The notes below the pieces were generated by a model. It saw nothing but the letters and a program-made list of their open reading frames with translations. It was not told the DNA's origin and did not search any database. Shown in pieces: positions 29,704 through 39,176 of a stretch of DNA of 64,000 nucleotides (position 1 is its first letter; each line of letters opens with the position of its first letter). Origin of the DNA: Candidatus Omnitrophota bacterium (GTDB taxonomy: Bacteria > Omnitrophota > Gorgyraeia > Gygaellales > Profunditerraquicolaceae); assembly GCA_043800555.1 (NCBI GenBank), contig JAZDMX010000003.1:33947-97946 (forward strand). Reading direction: 5' to 3'. A program made the position numbers and the translations under genes.

Positions 29704-30948
29704 ATGCACGAATTCAAATATTTCCGTAATCAGCTTTACTGCGAAAAATTAAAAGTAGCGGACTTGGCTGAAAAATTCGGCACCCCGCTTTATGTTTATA
29801 GCTATAAAACCTTAACCGGGCATTTCTTGAAATTAAAATCCGCCTTTCGTTTTGTTAAGCCGCTTATTTGTTATTCGGTAAAGGCTAATTCCAACCTAGC
29901 TATTCTTAAGGCACTGGTTAATAAAGGCGCCGGGCTGGATATTGTTTCGGGAGGAGAATTATTCCGGGCTAAGAAAGCCAGGTGCCCTACGGAAAAAATA
30001 GTTTATGCCTCGGTAGGCAAAACAACTTATGAAATCGAAGAAGCGATCAAATCGGGTATTTTGTTTTTTAATGTGGAGTCTTTCCCGGAATTAAAGAATA
30101 TCCAGCATATTGCCCGCCGGCTTAAAAGGCGGGTAAACGTGGCCTTACGGATAAATCCGGATGTTGAGCCTAAGACCCATAAATATATTACTACCGGTAA
30201 GCTTACTAATAAATTCGGGATAGACTTTAAGTCTGCCAAGCGGATAATTTTATTGGCAAGGGGTTTCTCGCACGTAAAAATATTCGGGCTCCATATCCAT
30301 ATCGGCTCTCAGATTACTACGGGAGAGCCTTTTGTGGCGGCGATAACCAGGGTGGTCAGGTTTATCTCGGCGCTGAAAAACGACGGGATAAACCTGGAAT
30401 ATTTGAATATCGGGGGAGGCCTAGGGATTGTTTATGATAAAGAATCTCCGCAAACCGCGAGGAAATTCGCGGCAAGAATATTGCCTTTGCTAAGAAAATC
30501 CGGGCTAAAGATTATTATGGAGCCGGGTAGATTTATCGCCGGTAATTCCGGCATACTGGTAACCAGGGTGCTTTATGTAAAGAACACGCCAAAAAAGAAA
30601 TTTATTATCGTAGACGGCGGGATGAATGATTTGATCCGCCCGGCATTATATGAGGCCTTCCATCAAATAGCCCCTCTCAGGAAAGCAGGGGGTAAGCACA
30701 AGGCAGAGAAAGCGGATGTGGTTGGCCCAATCTGCGAGTCAGGAGATTTTTTTGCCAAAGACAGGCCTTTGCCTTTGGTGGAAGAGGGTGACTACTTGGC
30801 GGTAATGGGCGCCGGGGCTTATGGATTCAGTATGGCGAGTAATTACAATTCCCGCTGTCGTCCCCAGGAAGTAATGGTAAATAGAGATAAAATGATTGTA
30901 ATCCGTAAAAGAGAATCTTACGAGGACCTGGTCCGCAATGAAATATAG
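29704..30948 (+). CDS. lysA: diaminopimelate decarboxylase
   Basis: PLYVYS...CYSVKANSN contains the PLP-Lys, plus GGGLGI and EPGR motifs. Confidence 0.9.
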   Translation: MHEFKYFRNQLYCEKLKVADLAEKFGTPLYVYSYKTLTGHFLKLKSAFRFVKPLICYSVKANSNLAILKALVNKGAGLDIVSGGELFRAKKARCPTEKIVYASVGKTTYEIEEAIKSGILFFNVESFPELKNIQHIARRLKRRVNVALRINPDVEPKTHKYITTGKLTNKFGIDFKSAKRIILLARGFSHVKIFGLHIHIGSQITTGEPFVAAITRVVRFISALKNDGINLEYLNIGGGLGIVYDKESPQTARKFAARILPLLRKSGLKIIMEPGRFIAGNSGILVTRVLYVKNTPKKKFIIVDGGMNDLIRPALYEAFHQIAPLRKAGGKHKAEKADVVGPICESGDFFAKDRPLPLVEEGDYLAVMGAGAYGFSMASNYNSRCRPQEVMVNRDKMIVIRKRESYEDLVRNEI

Positions 30949-31008
30949 CGACGTTAACATTGCTTGTTTTTGTTTCGATTGGGATAAAGGGGTTAGCAAA
31001 GAATAAAA

Positions 31009-31812
31009 ATGAAAAGAAAAATAAAATTTACGAAGATGGTAGCAACCGGTAACGACTTTGTGGTCCTGGAAGTTGGCCCGGGCCTTAAGGTTTTGAATCT
31101 CAAGCTTTTGGCCAAGAAAATCTGCGACAGGAAATACGGCGTAGGAGCTGACGGGTTGCTCGTTTTGGGAAACTCAAAGAGAGCTGATATAAAAATGCGT
31201 ATTTTTAACGCTGACGGCTCAGAAGCTGAGATGTGCGGTAACGGCGCCCGCTGCGCAGCGTTATATATCCAGCATCCGGCGTCAAAGATAGAGACTAAAG
31301 CCGGCATTATCGATTCTTTAGCGCAAAAGGACAGGGTTAGAATAAGATTCACCGTTCCGCATAGTTTGAAATTGGGAATACCTGTATCGATAAACGGGTG
31401 CCATATAAAAACTAATTTTATAAATACCGGAGTCCCGCATGCGGTAATATTTGTTGATGGCCTTGATAAAATTGATGTAGCGGCTATCGGGAGCCAAATC
31501 CGTTATAGCAAGGAATTTGCGCCAAAAGGCACGAATGTGGATTTTGTAGAAATATCGGGGAATGATTCTATAAACGTGAGGACGTATGAAAGAGGGGTTG
31601 AAGATGAGACTCTGGCCTGCGGGACGGGAAGCGTTGCTTCGGCTCTGATTTTTGGCCTGCTTTCTTCCGATTTGACTCATTGCAAAATAAACGTGCGCAC
31701 CCGAAGCGGTGAAGCGTTGAGGGTTTATTTCGATAAAAAGGTAAATAGTTTTAGCAATGTCTGGCTGGAAGGCAAGGCAGAAATAGTTTATAAGGGGGAA
31801 TATTATGTTTAA
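31009..31812 (+). CDS. dapF: diaminopimelate epimerase
   Basis: FTKMVATGNDFVVLE, catalytic Cys in MCGNGARC and in LACGTGSVAS. Confidence 0.9.
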   Translation: MKRKIKFTKMVATGNDFVVLEVGPGLKVLNLKLLAKKICDRKYGVGADGLLVLGNSKRADIKMRIFNADGSEAEMCGNGARCAALYIQHPASKIETKAGIIDSLAQKDRVRIRFTVPHSLKLGIPVSINGCHIKTNFINTGVPHAVIFVDGLDKIDVAAIGSQIRYSKEFAPKGTNVDFVEISGNDSINVRTYERGVEDETLACGTGSVASALIFGLLSSDLTHCKINVRTRSGEALRVYFDKKVNSFSNVWLEGKAEIVYKGEYYV

Positions 31813-32683
31813 AGGCTCTATCGTAGCCATCGTTACGCCTTTTAAAAGCGGTAAAGTCGATGAAAAAAAGCTTAGGGAATTAATCGAATCCCAGATTAAG
31901 AATGGGTCTAGCGGTATTGTGCCTTGCGGGACTACCGGGGAATCCGCGACTTTGTCTTTTGAAGAGCACGAGAGGGTTATCGCGATTACCATCGAACAGG
32001 CAGCTAAAAGGGTCCCGGTCATTGCCGGGACAGGTTCTAATTCTACCGAAGAAGCGATAACTTTGACCAGGCAGGCTGCAGAGGCAGGCGCAAGCGCCTC
32101 TTTACAGGTCTCGCCGTATTATAACCGTCCGACGCAAAAAGGCCTGTACGAGCATTTTAAAGCGGTTGCCCAATCAGTAAAAATCCCGGTAATCCTTTAT
32201 AATATTTCCGGGCGCACCGGCGTCAATATTGAACCGGAGACAATCGCCAGATTAGCCATTGATTGTAAAAATATCGTAGCGGTAAAAGAAGCTTCGGCTA
32301 ACTTGGACCAGATGTCGCGCATAAAAGCGCTTTGCCCGGATAATTTCGAGTTAATTTCAGGCGATGACAGTTTGACCCTTCCGGTATTGAGTATCGGAGG
32401 CACAGGGATAATTTCCGTGGCTGCCAACATCGTTCCCAGGGATGTGGCGGATTTAGTCGGCGCTTTTGAAAAAGGGGAAATTAAAAAAGCCCAATGCCTG
32501 CATTATAAACTACTTCCGTTAGTCAAAGCCTTGTTTATCGAGACTAACCCTATCCCGGTAAAGACCGCGCTCGGATTATTAGGCATGTGTGAGCCCGATT
32601 TAAGGCTGCCGATGTGCGCGATGTCGCCTGAGAATTTAGAGAGGCTAAGGAAAGCGTTGAAAGATTACGGACTTTTAAAGTAA
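31805..32683 (+). CDS. dapA: 4-hydroxy-tetrahydrodipicolinate synthase
   Basis: SIVAIVTPF...GIVPCGTTGES...VKEAS contains the Schiff-base Lys. Confidence 0.9.
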   Translation: MFKGSIVAIVTPFKSGKVDEKKLRELIESQIKNGSSGIVPCGTTGESATLSFEEHERVIAITIEQAAKRVPVIAGTGSNSTEEAITLTRQAAEAGASASLQVSPYYNRPTQKGLYEHFKAVAQSVKIPVILYNISGRTGVNIEPETIARLAIDCKNIVAVKEASANLDQMSRIKALCPDNFELISGDDSLTLPVLSIGGTGIISVAANIVPRDVADLVGAFEKGEIKKAQCLHYKLLPLVKALFIETNPIPVKTALGLLGMCEPDLRLPMCAMSPENLERLRKALKDYGLLK

Positions 32684-32696
32684 GGAGAATAGATAA

Positions 32697-33410
32697 ATGA
32701 TTAAATTAGGCATAGCCGGGGTTTGCGGGAAAATGGGCAGGCGGATCTTCGAGTTGGCCTCCCTGGATAAAGATTTTGAATTGACTTTGGCCCTGGAGAA
32801 AAAAGGGACTCCCGCTATCGGCAGAGATATAGGTAAGCTCAAGATATCCTCAAGTATCGATGGTATTTTTCTTACGGATGTATTTGTTGATTTTACAGCC
32901 CCCGACGCAACCCAGGCCAGCCTGGATTATGCCGCAAAATACAGGAAAGCCCTTGTTTTAGGGACCACGGGTTTAAGCGATGCTCAAATAAAGAAAGTCG
33001 AAGAGGCCTCGGGGGTTATCCCGGTAGTGTTTTCGCCGAATATGGCTATCGGAGTGAATGTCTTGTTTGAGATGCTGCCGCAAATAGCTAAGAAATTAGG
33101 CCCGGACTATAGCCTTGAAATAGTGGAAGCCCATCATAAGGCTAAGAGAGATTCGCCATCCGGCACAGCCAGGAAAATGATCGAAGTTCTAGCCGAAGCT
33201 ACCGGCAGGCAGGTCCCGGCGCACGCTATCCGGCTGGGGGATATTATCGGAGATCATACAGTCATATTCTGCGGAAACTCTGAACGCATCGAAATAAAAC
33301 ATCAGGCGCATTCGCGGGATTTATTTGTCCTGGGGGCCTTAAGGGCGGCAAAATGGGTTTTTGGAAAGCCCGCCGGGTTGTATTCAATGCAAGATGTATT
33401 GAAGCAATAG
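32697..33410 (+). CDS. dapB: 4-hydroxy-tetrahydrodipicolinate reductase
   Basis: MIKLGIAGVCGKMGRRI..., EIVEAHHKAKRDSPSGTA. Confidence 0.9.
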   Translation: MIKLGIAGVCGKMGRRIFELASLDKDFELTLALEKKGTPAIGRDIGKLKISSSIDGIFLTDVFVDFTAPDATQASLDYAAKYRKALVLGTTGLSDAQIKKVEEASGVIPVVFSPNMAIGVNVLFEMLPQIAKKLGPDYSLEIVEAHHKAKRDSPSGTARKMIEVLAEATGRQVPAHAIRLGDIIGDHTVIFCGNSERIEIKHQAHSRDLFVLGALRAAKWVFGKPAGLYSMQDVLKQ

Positions 33411-33457
33411 GCAGCGCATAATATGTAGTTCAGGGAGAGAAGCTGATGGGAGAGATT

Positions 33458-34615
33458 ATGTTTAAATTATCTAAGAAGCTGCAAGAATTGCCTCCGTATT
33501 TATTCTTAGAGATTGATAAAGCCAAGAGAAAAGCGCGCGCCGAAGGCCGTGACATTATTGATCTGGGTATAGGGGATCCGGACCAGCCTACCCCCAAGCA
33601 CATAATTGAGGTATTATGCCGGGCAGCTAATGACCCGGCCAATCATCGTTATGCCCTGGATCAAGGAATGCCTGTCCTGCGCCGCGCAATCCAGGCATGG
33701 TATAAACGTAGGTTTGATGTTTGCCTTGACCCGGATTCCGAGACGCTTCCGCTAATAGGTTCAAAGGAGGGGATTGCCCATTTCCCTCTGGCCTTTTTAA
33801 ACCAAGGAGATTATTCTCTTGTCCCTGACCCTTGTTACCCCCCGTATAAAGGAGGGACGATCTTAGCCGGCGGTAAGCCGCATATTATGCCGCTTCTTGA
33901 AAAAAATGCCTTTCTCCCGGATTTAAAGAAAATACCTTTAAGCGTCCGCAATAAAGCTAAAATAATATTTGTCAATTATCCCAATAATCCAACCTCTGCG
34001 GTTGCCGGCGGCTCTTTTTACAAAGAACTGATTGCTTTCGCCCGCAAAAATGGGATTATTATTATTTCCGACCTTGCTTATTCTGAAATATGTTATGACG
34101 GGTATAAGCCGCCGAGCATCTTTGAATTTTCCGGGGCGAAGGATGTGGCAGTGGAATTCCATTCCTTATCCAAAACCTATAATATGACTGGTTGGCGCTT
34201 AGGCTGGGCTTGCGGCAACCGGAAGCTTATTTCTGCTTTAGCTAAAGTCAAATCGAATATAGATTCCGGGGTTTTTTCGGCTGTGCAACTAGCCGGGATT
34301 ACCGCGCTTAGCGGGCCTCAGGAGCATCTTGAGCATATGCGCGTTCTTTATCAGGAGAGGCGCGACGCGATCATAAGGGGTTTAAATGCTTTGGGTTGGC
34401 TGGCGTTTAACCCAAAAGCAACATTTTATGTTTGGATAAAGGTCCCCCGGGGTACAGATTCGATAAAATTCTCCGGGTTATTGCTTGAGAAAGCGAATAT
34501 TGTCGTAACGCCCGGGGTCGGTTTCGGAAAATACGGCCAGGGTTACATCCGTATGGCTCTTACAGTCAGCAGAGAGCGTATAAGAGAAGCGTTGGACAGG
34601 TTAAGGCAAATTTAG
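33458..34615 (+). CDS. dapL: LL-diaminopimelate aminotransferase (DapL-type, class I aminotransferase)
   Basis: LPPYLF N-terminal motif, SLSKTYNMTGWRLGW PLP-Lys region. Pathway context dapA-dapB-dapL-dapF-lysA with no dapD/dapE in the cluster. Confidence 0.8.
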   Translation: MFKLSKKLQELPPYLFLEIDKAKRKARAEGRDIIDLGIGDPDQPTPKHIIEVLCRAANDPANHRYALDQGMPVLRRAIQAWYKRRFDVCLDPDSETLPLIGSKEGIAHFPLAFLNQGDYSLVPDPCYPPYKGGTILAGGKPHIMPLLEKNAFLPDLKKIPLSVRNKAKIIFVNYPNNPTSAVAGGSFYKELIAFARKNGIIIISDLAYSEICYDGYKPPSIFEFSGAKDVAVEFHSLSKTYNMTGWRLGWACGNRKLISALAKVKSNIDSGVFSAVQLAGITALSGPQEHLEHMRVLYQERRDAIIRGLNALGWLAFNPKATFYVWIKVPRGTDSIKFSGLLLEKANIVVTPGVGFGKYGQGYIRMALTVSRERIREALDRLRQI

Positions 34616-34647
34616 CCTTTCTTCTTAATGGTAATGTTGAAAATTTT

Positions 34648-35049
34648 ATGGCCATTTGTTATTTAGGGATAGGGTCAAACCTGGGAAATAGGAGAAAAAA
34701 CCTGGAGCAAGCCGTAAGGATGGTTAATCTCTTAAAGGATACGAAAGCCCTGAAACTATCGTCATTTATCGAAACTGATCCTATTGGCGGCCCACCCACC
34801 CAGCCAAAATTCTTAAACGCCTCTCTTAAAATAAGCACAAAACTTTTGCCTTTAAAGCTTCTAAAAGAGTTAAAAAGAATCGAGAAGAAGCTTGGACGGT
34901 TAAAGGTTGTTCGTAACGGGCCACGGATAGTAGATTTGGATATTTTGCTTTATGCGGACAAGGTAATCAAAACGGATGAACTTATTGTCCCGCATCCGCG
35001 TATGTTTGCCCGGGGCTTTGTAATCCGGACATTGGCACAGGTAATTTAG
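34648..35049 (+). CDS. folK: 2-amino-4-hydroxy-6-hydroxymethyldihydropteridine pyrophosphokinase (HPPK)
   Basis: YLGIGSNLGNR...GPRIVDLDILLY...VPHPRMFARGFV. Confidence 0.85.
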   Translation: MAICYLGIGSNLGNRRKNLEQAVRMVNLLKDTKALKLSSFIETDPIGGPPTQPKFLNASLKISTKLLPLKLLKELKRIEKKLGRLKVVRNGPRIVDLDILLYADKVIKTDELIVPHPRMFARGFVIRTLAQVI

Positions 35050-35172
35050 TTTGCTTATATCTAAAACGGGCAGGGTTTTGCAAAATGCTGCCGGCTAGCC
35101 GGCCTTGTAATAAGTGCGATAATGTTTGAGGCATAATGATAAGCATAATTTTAATTTGAAAGAGGGTAGGGG

Positions 35173-36018
35173 ATGAAAGTAGTAAAGCTGGCGTCAGTTT
35201 TGTATAAAAGCCTAAAAATACTCAGGATGTCCGGTAAAAGCATTGGTTTTGTCCCGACTATGGGCGCTTTGCATGAGGGGCACTTAAGCTTGATTCGCCA
35301 GGCCCGTAAGGAGAATGATACGGTCGTGGTAAGTATATTTATAAACCCGGCGCAGTTTGGCCCGAAAGAAGACTTCAGGAGGTACCCGCATCCGTTGGAT
35401 AACGATCTTTGGCTTTGCAAGAAAGAGAAAGCGGATTATGTTTTCCTCCCCGGGCAAAAAGAAATGTACGGGGAAGCCTTTTCTACTTATGTAAATGTTG
35501 AATCTTTAAGCCAAACCCTTTGCGGAAAAACCCGGCCCGGGCATTTCCGGGGAGTCGCTACCATAGTTGCCAAGTTTTTCAATATAATCCAGCCGAACAA
35601 CGCTTATTTCGGGCAGAAAGACGCCCAACAGGCGGTTATTATCAAGCGGATGGTCGAAGATTTGAATATTCCGGTTAGGATAAGGATTATGCCTGTAGTG
35701 CGCCAGGATTGCGGTCTGGCTTTGAGTTCAAGGAATACCTATCTGAACAACTCCCAGAGAGAAAGCGCCTTAGTTTTATACAAGGCCTTAAGCCTTGCCA
35801 GGCTATCGGTTAAGTCCGGACAGAGGGATGCATCCAGGCTCAAGAGTAGGATGAGCCGCCTAATAAGGGCTGATAAAAACACCAGGATCGATTATATAGA
35901 TATAGTCGATGCGGGCAATTTAAATAGGCTCGATAAAATCAGGGGGGCTTGTTTTATCCTCTTAGCCGTATACATAGGGAAAACCCGACTCATAGATAAT
36001 ATTTTGATAAATGCATAA
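35173..36018 (+). CDS. panC: pantoate--beta-alanine ligase
   Basis: IGFVPTMGALHEGHLSLI HIGH motif, ...GQKDAQQ. Confidence 0.9.
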   Translation: MKVVKLASVLYKSLKILRMSGKSIGFVPTMGALHEGHLSLIRQARKENDTVVVSIFINPAQFGPKEDFRRYPHPLDNDLWLCKKEKADYVFLPGQKEMYGEAFSTYVNVESLSQTLCGKTRPGHFRGVATIVAKFFNIIQPNNAYFGQKDAQQAVIIKRMVEDLNIPVRIRIMPVVRQDCGLALSSRNTYLNNSQRESALVLYKALSLARLSVKSGQRDASRLKSRMSRLIRADKNTRIDYIDIVDAGNLNRLDKIRGACFILLAVYIGKTRLIDNILINA

Positions 36019-37912
36019 TTTAATCCATAGCCCAAAGTTAAAATATTTCTTTGTCCTCGCCTTGCTTCTTTTGTTAGGTTTTAGCGCGTATTCCAATTCA
36101 TTTAAGAACGAATTTGTTTATGATGATAACTCTGTGATAGTAAAGAACGTTTTTATCCAGCATCCCAGGTATTTGCCGCGCATTTTTAAAAGCGATGTTT
36201 TTCCGTATGCTTATGAAGCGCCGCTTTATTACCGGCCTGTGCCGGTATTTACCCATGCCCTGGAGTATCGTTTATGGAAGCTGGACCAGCGCGGGTATCA
36301 TTTTGACAATACGCTCCTGCATTGTTTCAACGGGTTTTTGATTTTTATCCTTATCAATATGCTTTTCGGAGGTTTTGGGCTGGCGCTCTTAACCAGCGTT
36401 TTATTTGTAATACATCCGATACAAACTTCTTGCGTTAATTGGATTGTTTGCCGCGATAACCTGCTTTTTTCATTTTTCGGGCTATTAAGCATTATTTCAT
36501 ACCTGGCGTTCTTAAGAAAAAAAGAGGGGTATAAGTTATTATTATCTTTATTATTTTTTTCATTAAGTTTCTTATGCAAGGATATCGCGGTTTTATTCAT
36601 CCCGCTTCTTTTGCTTTGTTTAGCCAAGGAGAAGAAGGTTAACCGGGCGCATCTAAGAGGTTTGCTGCCGTTTGTGCTCATCTTTATCGTTTATTTACTG
36701 CTAAGGGTATTTGTAATCGGGGCTTCATTCCAGATAAACAAATACGGCCATCTCGAATACGGATTTTGGCTTAGTTGCCTTAATTTCTTTAATATAATCT
36801 TGCGTTACCTCGGTTTATTAATAGCGCCTTTGGACCTCCATATAGGCAGGCTCACGCCATTCTTGACATCTTGCCAGGCCCCCGGGGCCATTTTTGTCAT
36901 GCTTGTTACCGCAGCGCTGTCCGTTTTTATCGCCTGGAGCCTGAAAAGGGGAAAGGAGGTGTTTTGGTTTGGGGCCCTTTGGTTTGTCATTTCGATTGTT
37001 TTTGTTTTTAAGGCCATGTATATAAGGGTTTATTATGGCGCGCTTATGTCGGAGCTCTGGCTTTACCTGCCGTCGGCGGGAGTCTTCCTTATAGCCGCCT
37101 ACCTCTTGCTTAAGCTAGCCAACCGCAGGGTTTTATTCATATCCTTAACAACAGGCCTGTGCCTTGTTTACATCGTGTTATCAGTATATAACAACCGGTT
37201 TTGGAGAAATGAGTTTACCTTGTTCGGGAAAACATTACGCTCTTGCGATTTTGCTAATGATATCAGGATAAATTTGGCCTACGCTTATAATGAATCAGGC
37301 GACTACGTATCGGCAGAAAAAGAATTATTAAAGGCCTTGAAGCAAAAACCCACGGCAAATGAATATGAAGCGCTGGGTGATTTTTATTTTACGAGGCAAG
37401 AGTCTCGGAAGGCGCTGGAGATGTATACCCGGGCTCTTGAGTTTAGGGCCAATCCGGTCATATTGAATAATATCGGAGCTATTTATGGGCTTTCCGGAGA
37501 TGATAAGCGGGCGTTTGATTATTTTACCTCTGCTTTAAGATTAAACGGTACCCTGCATTTAACTTATGGCAATCTCGGGGCATACTATTTGAAGAATCAC
37601 CGGTATAAAGAAGCGGAGCGTTGTTTTCTAAGGGCTTCCGAGTTAAACCCGGCGAGAATAGATTATTTCATCAAGCTGGGTTCTATTTATGTTTCGCGGG
37701 GTTCATTTGCCAAGGCTAAAAAATCGCTTGCCTTGGCCCTAGAGATTAATCCTGATTCTGCCGAGGCGTTGATTGATCTGGGGAACATATATTCGGCTGA
37801 AGGAGGCCTTAACACGGCGGCGTATTATTGGAAGAGGGCTTTGTCCTTGGATCCGGATAATAAGAGCCTGAAAGATGCTCTGGTTAAGGCCGGTTTAAGG
37901 GCAACGGAATAA
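36011..37912 (+). CDS. membrane protein with N-terminal polytopic (PMT/ArnT-like, GT-C) domain and C-terminal TPR repeats
   Basis: 633 aa. About 10 TM segments, then TPR-type repeats (AYAYNESGDYVSAEK..., ALEINPDSAEALIDLGNIY...). Confidence 0.6.
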   Translation: MHNLIHSPKLKYFFVLALLLLLGFSAYSNSFKNEFVYDDNSVIVKNVFIQHPRYLPRIFKSDVFPYAYEAPLYYRPVPVFTHALEYRLWKLDQRGYHFDNTLLHCFNGFLIFILINMLFGGFGLALLTSVLFVIHPIQTSCVNWIVCRDNLLFSFFGLLSIISYLAFLRKKEGYKLLLSLLFFSLSFLCKDIAVLFIPLLLLCLAKEKKVNRAHLRGLLPFVLIFIVYLLLRVFVIGASFQINKYGHLEYGFWLSCLNFFNIILRYLGLLIAPLDLHIGRLTPFLTSCQAPGAIFVMLVTAALSVFIAWSLKRGKEVFWFGALWFVISIVFVFKAMYIRVYYGALMSELWLYLPSAGVFLIAAYLLLKLANRRVLFISLTTGLCLVYIVLSVYNNRFWRNEFTLFGKTLRSCDFANDIRINLAYAYNESGDYVSAEKELLKALKQKPTANEYEALGDFYFTRQESRKALEMYTRALEFRANPVILNNIGAIYGLSGDDKRAFDYFTSALRLNGTLHLTYGNLGAYYLKNHRYKEAERCFLRASELNPARIDYFIKLGSIYVSRGSFAKAKKSLALALEINPDSAEALIDLGNIYSAEGGLNTAAYYWKRALSLDPDNKSLKDALVKAGLRATE

Positions 37913-37918
37913 TTTAGT

Positions 37919-38737
37919 ATGAAGAAAAAAATTGGCATAGTTGGCTGCGGAGCGATAGGATCATCTTTAGCAAAGGCGATTGTAGCTAGCTTTGCTCAAG
38001 AGGCGAAGCTTTGCTCGCTATATGATTTGAATGGCGGGCTTTCCATGCGTTTATCAAGAGAGGTTTCCGGAAGCCCCGGGTTGTCGATGGAAAATCCGGG
38101 GCAGTTGATTAAGAAGTCAGACCTGGTAATTGAAGCGGCTTCGGCAAAAGTATCCTGGGGCATAGCTAAGGCGGTTTTATCTAGCGGTAAAGATGTTATG
38201 ATTATGAGCGTAGGGGGAGTATCAAACCGCCTCAAGGAGTTAACCTCTTTGGCCAGGAAGAATAACGCGCGGGTATATATTCCCAGCGGCGCTATTGCCG
38301 GCATAGATGCGCTAAAGGCCGCGGGTGTCGGGAGGATAAATAAGGTAGTCCTTACTACTACCAAAAATCCGCTTTCATTCAAAGGAGTCAAATACCTGGA
38401 AGATAAAAGAATAGATTTAGCCGGGATTAAGAAGGAAACTGTGTTATTTTCCGGGAAAGCGGCTGAGGCGGTTAAATATTTCCCCCAGAATATCAATGTT
38501 GCCGCGGTCTTAAGTTTAGCGGGGATAGGCGAAAACAAAACGCAGGTGAGAATAATTGTTTCTCCCAAGGTTGCCAAGAATACGCATGAAATCAGGATAG
38601 AGTCTCCCGCGGCCAGTATTTTTACCCGCACGGAAAATACCTTGCATCCGGATAATCCGAAGACTTCTTTTCTGGCGGTTTTATCGGCGGTAGCCATGTT
38701 GAGAAATATCCTGGAACCGGTCAGAATCGGGACCTGA
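37919..38737 (+). CDS. nadX: L-aspartate dehydrogenase (NadX/DUF108 family)
   Basis: KIGIVGCGAIGSSLAKAI Rossmann N-terminus. About 270 aa and a C-terminal domain typical of aspartate dehydrogenase. Confidence 0.7.
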   Translation: MKKKIGIVGCGAIGSSLAKAIVASFAQEAKLCSLYDLNGGLSMRLSREVSGSPGLSMENPGQLIKKSDLVIEAASAKVSWGIAKAVLSSGKDVMIMSVGGVSNRLKELTSLARKNNARVYIPSGAIAGIDALKAAGVGRINKVVLTTTKNPLSFKGVKYLEDKRIDLAGIKKETVLFSGKAAEAVKYFPQNINVAAVLSLAGIGENKTQVRIIVSPKVAKNTHEIRIESPAASIFTRTENTLHPDNPKTSFLAVLSAVAMLRNILEPVRIGT

Positions 38738-38795
38738 TCCGGGTTTTGTGCGGGATTATAAACTACATTAACACAGAAAGGGGGTGAATACAAAT

Positions 38796-39035
38796 ATGGC
38801 AGAGAAAATAGCAAAGCTGGGAGTAATGAGGCAGAAGGGGTTCCTCTATTACATTGACTAGCAAGGCGATGTCTCCTGCGCCAAGATGGCAAGTGGCGCT
38901 AAAAAGGGAGGCAGCCCGAAAAAGGTAGCTAAGTGCTGCATCAAGAGAAAAGAAGGTTACCTTTATTTCTTGGATAAGCAAGGCGATGTCTCCTGCGCCA
39001 AGATGAAAAGAGGCGGTAAGAAGAGAAAGAAATAA
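38796..39035 (+). CDS. small Lys-rich protein built from a duplicated module (G[FY]LY[YF][IL]DKQGDVSCAKM), interrupted by an in-frame TAG at 38859-38861 (sub-ORFs 38796-38861 and 38886-39035)
   Basis: SD AAAGGGGG before ATG 38796. Contains a 27-nt perfect direct repeat CAAGGCGATGTCTCCTGCGCCAAGATG (38862-38888 and 38977-39003). The first copy reads ...TTGACTAGCAAGG where the second reads ...TTGGATAAGCAAGG. Ends in KRGGKKRKK. Not in the ORF track because the pieces are under 60 aa. Confidence 0.3.
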
Positions 39036-39043
39036 GAAAATGA

Positions 39044-39109
39044 GGCAATGGGGACGTTTCTACTTTCCTAATAATGGAATTCTAGAAAAGTAGAAACGTC
39101 CCCATTGCC
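39044..39109. repeat. palindromic hairpin repeat, copy A (intergenic): GGCAATGGGGACGTTTCTACTTT-loop19-AAAGTAGAAACGTCCCCATTGCC
   Basis: Perfect inverted repeat arms 39044-39066 / 39087-39109. Same core as the copies at 46.4, 57.3, 61.0, 61.7 and 63.3 kb. Followed by a CCCCATTTTTCC mini-motif. Confidence 0.85.
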
Positions 39110-39176
39110 TCCGTCCCCATTTTTCCTGATTTTTTCAGGGATTTACAGGGGCGCCCCCTTTTGTTATAATAATCCT

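Noticed and set aside
38859-38861. Alternative genetic code (TAG or TGA reassignment) to explain in-frame stops
   Set aside because: TAA, TAG and TGA each terminate multiple conserved genes at the expected position. Examples are fabF and fabH (TAG) and coaD, the CrtI-like gene and the radical SAM gene (TGA). The code is standard.
37996-38892. 298-aa minus-strand ORF
   Set aside because: It is entirely antisense to the well-supported nadX gene. It has low-complexity, Pro/Ser-rich composition and no family resemblance. Typical shadow ORF.
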